Positions 10,540 to 20,000 of a stretch of 20,000 nucleotides of DNA are shown in pieces. The notes beneath the pieces are model-generated. The model ran no database searches and was not told the DNA's origin. It worked only from the letters and a program-made list of their open reading frames with translations. Position 1 is the first letter of the stretch. The number at the start of each line of letters is the position of its first letter. The stretch is from Priapulus caudatus (taxonomy: Eukaryota). Location: the NCBI RefSeq assembly GCF_000485595.1, contig NW_014577083.1, positions 82,050 through 102,049 of the forward strand, written 5' to 3'. Made by a program: the position numbers and the translations under genes.

Positions 10540-11206
10540 GGGTAGGGTTGGGGGTGTGGTAGTCGTGGGTGAGGGTAGGGTATATTAGTGGGGTGTATAT
10601 AGTATATAGTAATATGATAGGTGGATGAATATATAGGCCCGCCGGGTATATATGTCGTTTTTGCTGTTCATGAATTAATTGGAATTTGAACAGTGTCTTC
10701 CTGAGATATTGGTATATGTATTTGTGATAAAAATGTATTTAATATATCATTTCTTAATCACCTGAGCTAAAGTAATTTCTCATTGGATTCAGGTTTGGTG
10801 CACGATGCAGATTAATTGTACATTCCAGACGATGCGCTTATCTTCTAATTAATAGTTAATTAAAGTATCGATTCAGTGGTAGTTTTTTTTTATACCACAC
10901 TCCACGAACATGTGTGCGTCTATATGTAAAGAACATAAAACAAACGCAAAAATCGATAAATTTTGGTAGTGTGCCATATTTATTTTAGACGCGTATTTTG
11001 TTCTATGTGTACAAATATATTATTGAATTGGACGCCGGAAAAAAAAAGAAACCAATGCTTGTATCACGGGTCAACTTTGAACGAAATGTAGCCAAACAAA
11101 GTTGCGTTATTCCAATTAAGGATGAATTAATTCCTAAATAAAAGGTACCCTTTTCTAAGCGGCCTCACGACTCGAAACATTGATACGTGACACTGAGTGC
11201 TGAGAG

Positions 11207-11509
11207 GGGTCTATGTCCACGCCGGGTACTGCCGGAACGCTACGCTGGCGTAACGGTTCACGTAATACCCGGGAACGCACCTGGTACTATATCTAATTTA
11301 TGCCGCGACCGCTAACCTCGCCTCACTCCACTAACGAGTCTAGGGAGTCGCCTACTCCCTAACCCTAACCCTAACTCTAACCCTAACTCTAACCTTAACC
11401 CTAACCCTAATCCTAACCTTAACCATATCAAATAGTGACCAGGGTCCGTTCCGGTATACCGGACCGTACCCAGGGTACGTTCCGGCAGTACCCTGGGGGA
11501 CATAGACCC
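11207..11509. mobile_element. Non-autonomous TIR element with ~80-bp imperfect inverted arms and a central telomere-like (CCCTAA)n tract
   Basis: Left arm GGGTCTATGTCC..GGGTACTGCCGGAACG..CCTGGTACTAT (11207-11290) pairs with right arm ATAGTGACCAGG..CGTTCCGGCAGTACCC..GGACATAGACCC (11432-11509). About 11 CCCTAA/CTCTAA/CCTTAA units at 11357-11424. No clear TSD. Confidence 0.8.
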
Positions 11510-12044
11510 TATGAGCGACACGAGTATGTCTGATGTCAATAAACAGCAACACAAATCCGTCAATGAAATATCGTAACTTTTCTTCACAACTCTAAAGTTG
11601 TGTTTACACTATTTACTTTTTGTTAAATATAATATAGACAAATTTGATGAATATTTCAATTATTCGACCGCAAATCGGCGGTGTAAACGTAAAAGTCTTG
11701 CGCGCAACTGGTTAATAAAAACTTGTTGGGAGAATGAAACAGGTTTTATTTTTGCAACTCTGTGTCGGCGAATTAATCATCTTTTTGCCATACGGTAACT
11801 CAGAAAACAGCAATCAGGTTGACTATAAGAGAACAGCAAAAACATGTTTTTGCTGCCGGCGCCACACTGTCGCGAATTAATACGTGAAGAGTGCGTATCA
11901 TAGTCACCCGCGCGTACACTGCGGGTCAAATGTTGAAACGTTTGCCGATGCTTTGAACATATATCTGATAGAAACGATAATCGAACGTGAAAAAACCCAT
12001 CATTTCGTCGATTCTTTCATAGTCTTAACCCGGTTTAACACAAT

Positions 12045-12320
12045 TTCTTTACTCTAACACAACGTTAAAACACGTGTATAATTCAGCGACAACTTAACTA
12101 CAATACAACCTCGTAACTCTAAGACAACGTCACAATTCTAATACAACTTGCTAACTTTAAGAAACCTTTATAATTCCAAGACAACTTCCTAACTACAATA
12201 GAACTTCGTAACTCTAAGACAACTTGACAATTCCAATCAACTTTAAAAAAACTTTTATAATACTAATCCAACATCTTAACTCTAACACAACTTCATGTTT
12301 TTAAGACACCCGTATAATTC
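12045..12320. repeat. Degenerate 19-bp minisatellite (AACTCTAAGACAACTTCTT), first block
   Basis: Repeated taactctaagacaac motifs, same family and orientation as 13030-15960. Confidence 0.85.
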
Positions 12321-12432
12321 GAAAAATCCGTCAAGGAGATTGGCTATTGCATATTTGTAAATACGGAATTTAAACTCATTTACAGTCAAGTACAAGCGAA
12401 AAAAAGTTGTAATTATAGAGGGCTGTCCACAT

Positions 12433-12683
12433 TGTTACGTGTAAGCTGGCATGTAATGCCCCCTGCTGGTTTGTGGAAAATCAAAGAGGAATAAGTCGCG
12501 CTAGCGTGTTGTAGAGAGGCAAGAAGGAGAGCACGCTATAATTTACGGCAATGAGATAGAATTAGATGAAAGGGTAGTGAGTGGATCCAACCGTTTTTGA
12601 AGTGGTGTGTTTCAGGACAAATCTTCTTTAAAGACAAACAAAACCTCCTGATGTCGTGCTGTATTCTACATAACTACGTGACA
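12433..12683. mobile_element. Possible solo LTR
   Basis: TGTTACGT...ACGTGACA termini (7/8 inverted match, TG..CA) on a 251-bp segment with higher GC than its flanks. No TSD or canonical AATAAA seen. Confidence 0.3.
12457..12469 (-). promoter_or_regulatory. CTCF-like binding motif
   Basis: Reverse complement reads CCAGCAGGGGGCA, matching the bilaterian CTCF core consensus CCASYAGRKGGCR. Confidence 0.4.
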
Positions 12684-12810
12684 TTCTTCCTTAGAAATAA
12701 TATACTAGTTAGACTATGTAAACAAAACTACACATATATTTCTATTCTTTACGTGACGCAACTCTATAATAAGTATTTGAGCACTAACTAAAGACGCGTT
12801 ATCCCCCGTA

Positions 12811-14279
12811 ACATTTAAATCAATGGCATCTTTTCTACACGAATTGTTACACACACCAGTTTGTCAATTAACAGTATATCTCATATAGATAAGCTCATAG
12901 ACAACTTTGTAAATTCAGGAAAACATTTTAACTTTAAAGTCATTACTTAACGTACGACACGACAATTTTTTAATTTTAAGACTCTTTTCTGTCTTTAAGA
13001 TCTTTTCATACATTTTACGATACAATACGATACATACGATACAACTTCCTTAACTCTAAAAAAATTTGTATAACTTTAATACAAGTTCATAACTCGATCT
13101 ATGACATTTATCTAATTTCAAGAAACATCACTTCTAAGACAACCTCTGAACACAAAGATATAATTATATTCTTAACTCCAAGACAACTTTCTTACTTAGA
13201 TCGACAACTAACCTTTAAGCCACATATGAACTCTAACATCAATTCGTCACTTTAAGACAATATCATAACCCTAAAACAACATCTTAATTATACGGCAGAT
13301 TCTTAAGTCAGGGTCAACATGAAATGCCTAAGACACATTTTTAACTCTGTCCTATTACCTTAACCCTAACCTATGGCCCTGTCATACATTGACGATCGTG
13401 ACAGCTTCGTAACTGTAGCGTAACTCTAGGAAAAATCTTACGACTATAATTTTAACGTGAATACAACTCTAAACACTAACACAACATCTTAACTTTAATA
13501 GCAACTACTAATTTTAAGACAACTTCATTACTCAAAGAAAACAATCTTAAATCGAATATATACAGGTAATAAGCTCTAAAGGTAATAAGGTCATAAGACA
13601 ACGTTAACGTCATAACTTAAAGAGAACTTTGTTACTCTAGACAGCAATCTTAACTCTAAGACAACTAATTACCTCTGATACAACTTCTTTACCTGTAAGA
13701 CCTTTAATTATAAGAATATTCCTTAACGATAAGACAACTTCTTAACTATATGACAACATTTTAACTATAAGACAACACCTTAATTATATGACAACTTCTT
13801 AACTCTGATAGAAACTATTAATTTTAAGACAATTTCTTTACTCAACGACAACAATTTTTACACTAAGACAAGTATTGAACTCTAAGACAACGTCATAACT
13901 TTAAGACAACTTCTTAACTATAAACAGCAATATTAACTCTACGACAACTAATTAACGATTATGCAATTTCTTTAACTGTAAGATTTTTTTATTATCAGAA
14001 TACGTTCCAACTATGAGACAACTTCCTAAATATATGACAACTTTTTAACCATAAGACAACTTCTCATGCATAACACAACTTCTTAAATCTATGACAAATT
14101 TTATCTCTAATGCAGCTTTAAGACGACATATTGACTCTACATTTTTGATAATTTTAGAACCTTATTAAAACTTCCCAACTCTAAAACAATATAATAGTTT
14201 CAGTACAATTTACAAACTTTACAAACTTTTTTTTAACATTTCGCCCGTGAGGCAGGCAGCGATGTGTTATCCCCGCTAT
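12811..14279 (+). mobile_element. Helitron-like non-autonomous unit, copy 1 (unique head + 19-bp minisatellite array + GC-rich tail)
   Basis: Head CATTTAAAT-AATGGCATCTTTTCTA-ACGAATTGTTACACACACCAGTTTGTC is shared with copy 2; tail TTTCGCCCGTGAGGCAGGCAGCGATGTGTTATCCCCGCTAT. The duplication is certain; the Helitron label is inference. Confidence 0.6.
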
Positions 14280-15500
14280 ATACATATATATATTTCTATA
14301 TGCATTTAAATAAATGGCATCTTTTCTATACGAATTGTTACACACACCAGTTTGTCAATTAACAGAATATCTCATATAGATAAGCTCATAGTCAACTTTG
14401 TAAATTCAGGAAAACATTTTAACTTTAAAATCATTACTTAACGACACGACAATTTCATCATTTTAAGACAAAAGATCTTTTCATACGTTTTACGATACAA
14501 TACGATATATACGATACAACTAAATTCTTTAACTGTAAGATTTTTTTTTAAACTTTAATACAAGTTTATAACTACAAGACATTTTTATAATTTCATAAAA
14601 ACATCACTTCTAAGACAACTTCTGAACACAAAGATATATTTTTAGCTCCAAGACAACTTTTAGACAACTAACCGTTAGGACACAATATGAACTCGAATAT
14701 CAGTTCGTCACTCTAAGACAACATCATAACTCTAAGACAACTTATTAATTCTACGACAGATTCTTATCTCCGGGTCAACATGAGATGTATAAGACAACTT
14801 TTTAACTTTAAGAGAACATCTTTATTCAAGACAACTGCTGCATTCCAGAACAACTTAATGAATCTGGTTCTACGTCTGAACTATCAGTCAAGTTCTCAAT
14901 ACTAGGGCAGCTTCTTAACTCTTATTTAAGACAACTTGAGAACTTTGTGACAACTCCACAGCTTCCTCACAACTTTTAGACAGCTAAACCCTAAGACCCC
15001 GTGTTAACTCATATATCGGTTTTAACTCCACGACAGCTTCGTAACTGTAAGGCAGCTTCATAATCCTACGACTACATTTTTACTAAAACACAACTCTCAA
15101 CACTAAAACAACATCTTACCTCTGAAAGAAACTTCAAATTTTGAGACAACCCTTTTACTCAAAGACAACAATCATAACTCTAAGACAAGTAATGAACTCG
15201 AAGACAACGTCATAACTTTAAGACAACTTCTTAACTTTAGACAGCAATCCTAACTCTACGGCAACCAATTAACTCTGATACAACTTCTTTAACTGTAACA
15301 CTTTTAATTATGAGAATACTTTTCAACTATGAGACAACTTATTAACTATAAAAAAAACTTGAATTGTTCTAACTGTACGACAACTTCACATCCATAACAC
15401 AACTTCTTAAATCTAAAACAAATTTTAACTATAACGCAGCTTTATGACAACATCTTGACTCTACAGTTTTGACAATTTTAGAACTTTATGAAAACTTTCT

Positions 15501-15554
<54 letters not shown>

Positions 15555-16024
15555 NNNNNNNNNNATTCAGCTTTATGGCGATATCTTGACTCTAAACGAA
15601 TTACTAATTTTAAGACAACTTTTTTACACAAAGCTAACATTAATAACTCTAAGACAACTAATTAATTCTGATACTACTTTTTTAACTGTAAGTCGTTTAC
15701 ATTGTAAGAATACTTTTTAACTGTGAGACAACTTCTTAGCTATATGACAACTTCTTAACTACAAGACAACATCCTACCTCTAAGACAACGTCTATGACAG
15801 CTCGAATCTATAACAACTTTTTAACTATAAGACAATCCTCCTGTACAGCACAACTTCTTAATTCTAAGACAAATTTGAACTCTAATGCAATTTTATGACG
15901 AAATGTTGAATCTACATTTTTGATAATCTTAGAATTTATGAAAACTTCCTAACTCTAAAACATTATAATAATTTCAGTACAACTTTCGCCCGTGAGGCAG
16001 GCAGCGATGTGTTATCGCCGCTAG
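14280..16024 (+). mobile_element. Helitron-like non-autonomous unit, copy 2
   Basis: Same head (14303 onward) and array. The tail ends GGCAGCGATGTGTTATCGCCG-CTAG|T, a GC-rich imperfect hairpin plus a CTAG terminus followed by T. No TIRs or TSD. Contains (CT)n at 15504-15554 and a 10-N gap. Confidence 0.62.
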
Positions 16025-16552
16025 TAGACACCGCATAACGAGCCAATCCCACAGAGTACAAGGTCTACGGCTTTACACTCTCTGCCAATCCCAACTTCCT
16101 CCGTTACATTAGGGTGAGGGAGTGCAGCTATGGAGACGTAAGATACCTCATCCCACGATCGTGTCATACTCTCCCTCCTGGTCTCATATATCCGTCACAA
16201 ACCGTGATAGTATAAACATTAATCGTGCTCGTCTGTAATAGAACATCGGTTATAGCTATTATATTATACCATATAATAACACCATACAACACACCTAATT
16301 AAATTAAGAATAAACGATTACCGCGGTTCTTGGAATAATGTCGTCGTGTTTTATGCGATTATCAGAGGAAACACCGCTACATCACTTGTCGAAATAACAG
16401 TTACTCTCAGGTTAATTACATCGACTTGTCATAAAATGAAACTGGGTAAGAACAGTCATATGGTTTTAAGGGGCGGATTATCTTGTAAATTTGAAATTCT
16501 GTTACTGGCCGTCTGTCTTTGAAGAGATACTGTGCTACCTTGTATTCGCGCT

Positions 16553-17554
16553 TTACTCCATGTTCGGTTGAAACGGTGAAACGCTGGATGGCTTGCAGCC
16601 AAACAGTTCTTTTGCGGCTTGACGAAAGTCTTTGTACTTGTAGAAGTAAACTATTGGATTCAGCCATGAATTTATTATATATCCACTCAATCGAATAAAC
16701 CGAAGTATTTTAAGCCCTGACGCTGAAAGCTTGGAAGCTTCAAAGCTGTGGACCAGCATCATGTGTATCGTGTCCGGCATAATAAGAAACAACGATGTGC
16801 CGACAACTAGAAGCATGATCTTTGACTTCTTCATTATAGCATCGAAAGTTGACAATTCCTCTCTCTGAGCAGCTGCTGCCGCCGCCATTCTTACCGTGTG
16901 GTCCCAAACGATCTTGGCAATGATGATGTAGCAGTAAATCATGATGATAAATAATGCAGTATAGTTAGTGATCAGAAAAGCCACGAACCCGGACGTGATC
17001 TCTTCGTCGATATTGCACGTTGACAGCGGGCGCCAGCTATATGCTACACCAATGCCTCCGGCAATACCAGTGGCTAGTGCGTACAGAAAGCACAATCCCA
17101 TGAGAATGAAGGTGCGCTTAATAGTCATTAGCTGGTTGTAGCGTAACGGATGTACGATTGCCACGTACCTGTTGATCGTAAACAGTCCGATACCCAACAC
17201 GCTCCCTTGAATAACACTGGTTACGTAGAAGACTAAAAACACGCAACGAAGCCTTGTTTGAGCAGGAATAAAGGCTCCGATTGGCACGAGTCCCATCATG
17301 AAGTCAAAACAGGCCAAATTGACGATCGTGAGGTTTGCTGGTATTTGCAGTCGGCGAAACTTTCCTATAACGATAATCACGAGACCGTTTCCCACCAGTG
17401 TGACTGCACTGCTCGTCGCATACAACAATACTACCAGCACTTTACCGAACGTTAGCGTTTGGTAGAAATACACGTTGCTAATTGCGTTTCCATCTTCACC
17501 ATCCTCCTGACTACCTATCAGATTGCTGTCGTTGTCAAATCGGGTTCCATTCAT
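16553..17554 (-). CDS. Intronless class A (rhodopsin-like) 7TM GPCR, 333 aa, orphan; loosely adenosine/biogenic-amine receptor-like
   Basis: Seven hydrophobic segments; TM1 GNGLV, TM2 NLACFD, TM3 NRYVAIVHPLRY, TM5 YCY, TM7 NSWLNPIVY, helix 8 KDFRQA..LFGC; N-terminal sequons NGT and NDS; Cys at the top of TM3 and in ECL2. Confidence 0.96.
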   Translation of the reverse strand: MNGTRFDNDSNLIGSQEDGEDGNAISNVYFYQTLTFGKVLVVLLYATSSAVTLVGNGLVIIVIGKFRRLQIPANLTIVNLACFDFMMGLVPIGAFIPAQTRLRCVFLVFYVTSVIQGSVLGIGLFTINRYVAIVHPLRYNQLMTIKRTFILMGLCFLYALATGIAGGIGVAYSWRPLSTCNIDEEITSGFVAFLITNYTALFIIMIYCYIIIAKIVWDHTVRMAAAAAAQREELSTFDAIMKKSKIMLLVVGTSLFLIMPDTIHMMLVHSFEASKLSASGLKILRFIRLSGYIINSWLNPIVYFYKYKDFRQAAKELFGCKPSSVSPFQPNME

Positions 17555-17902
17555 CGTTGTTGATATTAAAACCGTCTTCGTTTTCTCGTTCCTTGCTATA
17601 TATTCTCGTTTTGAAGCGGTTGTTGGGCACGTTAGGAAACGCGGATTGTTTGGGTCCAGATGAAATCTATCTGCTGTTTGAAGAAGTCTGTGTGGCGAGT
17701 AGATTATTGATCAGTCAGTCAGATTGTCTTCGCTTGATGACGAAACAAGGGTCAGAATTTCACACCGTTTCTGCTATATATTCTCGTCTTAAATAGAAAT
17801 TGTTCACAAAGATCTGAAACGTGTTGTCACGCTTAGCCAAAAGCTAGAACCTTTTACTAGGACTCGCAGGTTGCAAACTATCAATTCATTTACGCACCAT
17901 TG

Positions 17903-17912
17903 TATTTATATA
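17903..17912 (-). promoter_or_regulatory. Candidate TATA box of the GPCR gene
   Basis: Minus strand reads TATATAAATA about 350 nt upstream of the ATG. An Inr-like ATAGTT lies ~25-30 nt downstream (~17876-17881) and a CCAAT at ~17950. Confidence 0.45.
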
Positions 17913-18944
17913 GCTCTGCGTGTGCGCGTGAGCATCAACTCACAACGCCCCAATAAGATCGTTGAGTCAAACAAGTGCTGTCACACCTAAAACTGAGTGA
18001 AAATCTTAAATCAAATAAAGAAACAATAGAGTTTAATATAGTATACTAACATAGTAATATGGAAGTGTGTAGGGACAGAACTATGCTATTACCTAGTCAT
18101 TCGTGTAATTACGCATTACCGCAGTAAAAATTCTTATTTCTGAGTACTATGGCCAACCATACACTTGCTGCTTTTTACTGCGTACGCGTGATTTGATTTG
18201 CCAGAATTGATATCCTATATGATCAACCTATTATCTAGCGGGTGAAGGGTACCGCGTAAAAAATGTCAAGAATTCAAGTACCAAGAAACGAACGCGCGTT
18301 ATATGCGCACTTAAAAGAGCTATTAGATTCGTTTACACTTGTGATTTTCATCATAGCGTTAAAACACATATTCGCATTTGCTGCACCTTAAAAACTAGTA
18401 TATTTCAATTGCCATGAAGCACATGTGCGTTCTTAGTGTAAACGCGGCTGCATTATAAATCTACATACTTTTAAAAATAACGTATAAATGTATTTTCACC
18501 GTGGTAGTCCAGTTACTGCGTTCCCCTCAGGCACGCTCACACATGCGGGCAGATATGGTTTCGCAGATGTTTAAATTGTATGCGTCATACTGTTGTATTG
18601 TTTAAGGTTTCGCCAAGCAGCTTTAAAAACGAGTAAAATTTATCATGTATATCAGTCCTTCATTATTAATATATTATCAGTAACGCTACCAACGTACTGT
18701 CACTTTCAATAATTTATAATGACTCCATTAAATAATCTGTCTGCAACTCCTTGAGATAGCGTTATAGTGTTCACACGAAGATGCATAAATTATAATTGGT
18801 TAAATTATAATAATGTTAAATATATTTTAATTGTCGTGACACAAAAAAACAATATCAAAGTGTTAGAGTATTCTTGTACTGTTTATAATGTAGGCAAACA
18901 GGCGTATGGACGAGTAAAATTAGTCAATTTAACAGACGCATAGT

Positions 18945-19013
18945 ACACACGCACGCATACACACACACGCGCGCACACAAAAACACACACGGATATAATA
19001 TATATATATATAT
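18945..19013. repeat. (CA)/(CG)/(TA) compound microsatellite
   Basis: Read directly. Confidence 0.9.
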
Positions 19014-19565
19014 GCAACGATTTTACGTCTAGTTGTGACGACGAATGAAGGTTCGACCGCTGGATTGTAGTGTAGGTGTCAACACAAGAAATAGCAACAC
19101 GTAAAACCAGAACAAGCTGATAAAAGTGTTCACGCCGGGAATAGGCCCGGGGCTTTTATTCGGCCTTAGTCAACAGACTAAGGTGAGCTAAAAGATGGTG
19201 CACAAGATCCCACACATCGTTGTCGCTGGGCTGTAGAAATATACACGATGAACTGAACAGCCAAACAATACTAGATAACACTCTGTAGTGAGTTGCTTGC
19301 CCTGTGCAGGGGTTAACTAGATACTGGTATGCTTAGGTGATCCGTGAAGATGAAGTGTAGGGCTTCTTACCTTCCAATCATGCATCACGAGAGACGCGCA
19401 ATCAATTTATGTTTTATGTCACGCACATCACATAACAAGCCACACATCACCCCACAGGTTTCCTTCATACAACCGGTGGGAATCACGTGATCGCTGTCAC
19501 ATCGACAAGGGATGCTGTGCATCGAAATCTCTACCTGCCGGTCTCCTACTGCTTTCTCAATACCC

Positions 19566-20000
19566 GCTCTCTATCTTCTTCATCTCTGCTCTCCTCTGCT
19601 CCCCCCTCCTCTCTCACCCTCTGCCCCTCTCCACTTGCTCGCCCCTCTCGTCCATCCTCGCTCACTTCTCATCTCGCTCTCTCTCTCATCATTCTCCTCT
19701 CTCTCGTCTCCGATCCTCTCGTCTCTCTCCTCTTCTCTCCACTACTCATCCTCATCCCCCAGTCTCTCGATCCTCCCCTCAATCTTCCTCCCCCCTCTCG
19801 TCCTGCACTTGTTTCAGTCTCGCACCCTCCTCCCCCTCGTTCGTCTCCTCTCTCTCTCTCCCCTCTTTCATTACTCACGTCTCTCCCCTCTCACTCCTCG
19901 CCCCCTCCCTCTCTCTCCCCTCATCAACCTTCGCGCCCGCTCCCTCTCTCTCTCTCTTCCCCTTCTCCTCCCCCCTCTCTCTCTCTCTGCTCTTTCGCTC
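19566..20000. repeat. CT-rich low-complexity / degenerate (CT)n tract
   Basis: Read directly; runs off the window end. Confidence 0.92.

Noticed and set aside
9668..10588. 306-aa ORF
   Set aside because: It consists of a (CA)n repeat plus the N gap.
11357..11424. True telomere or chromosome-fusion site
   Set aside because: The tract is short, degenerate and single-orientation, and is enclosed in the inverted arms of a small element.
12045..15960. CRISPR-like array
   Set aside because: The monomers are contiguous and degenerate with no unique spacers, there are no cas genes, and the context is eukaryotic.
16416..17796. ORFs 16416..16667, 17258..17455 and 17482..17796
   Set aside because: They are alternate-frame or antisense shadows of the GPCR with no recognisable motifs.

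Overview
This is eukaryotic, animal-like genomic DNA: AT-rich, rich in microsatellites, with GT-AG introns, (CCCTAA)n tracts and two N gaps. An invertebrate origin is an inference. Two protein-coding genes are supported. (1) A five-exon + strand gene that the ORF track misses (1006-1131, 2144-2187, 3404-3560, 4405-4518, 5108-5221). It splices in frame to about 184 aa and ends in a coiled coil / leucine zipper resembling the C-terminus of myosin phosphatase targeting subunits (PPP1R12/MYPT). (2) An intronless class A GPCR on the - strand (16553-17554) with a TATA box upstream. The rest is mostly non-autonomous mobile and repetitive DNA: two small TCAAGAGC-ended TIR elements, a 3-copy ~180-bp tandem repeat, a 131-bp palindrome, a TIR element with a telomere-repeat core, and a head-to-tail pair of Helitron-like units built from a 19-bp minisatellite. 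No prokaryote-type system (CRISPR, operon) is present, and nothing here can be shown from sequence alone to be a new biological system.
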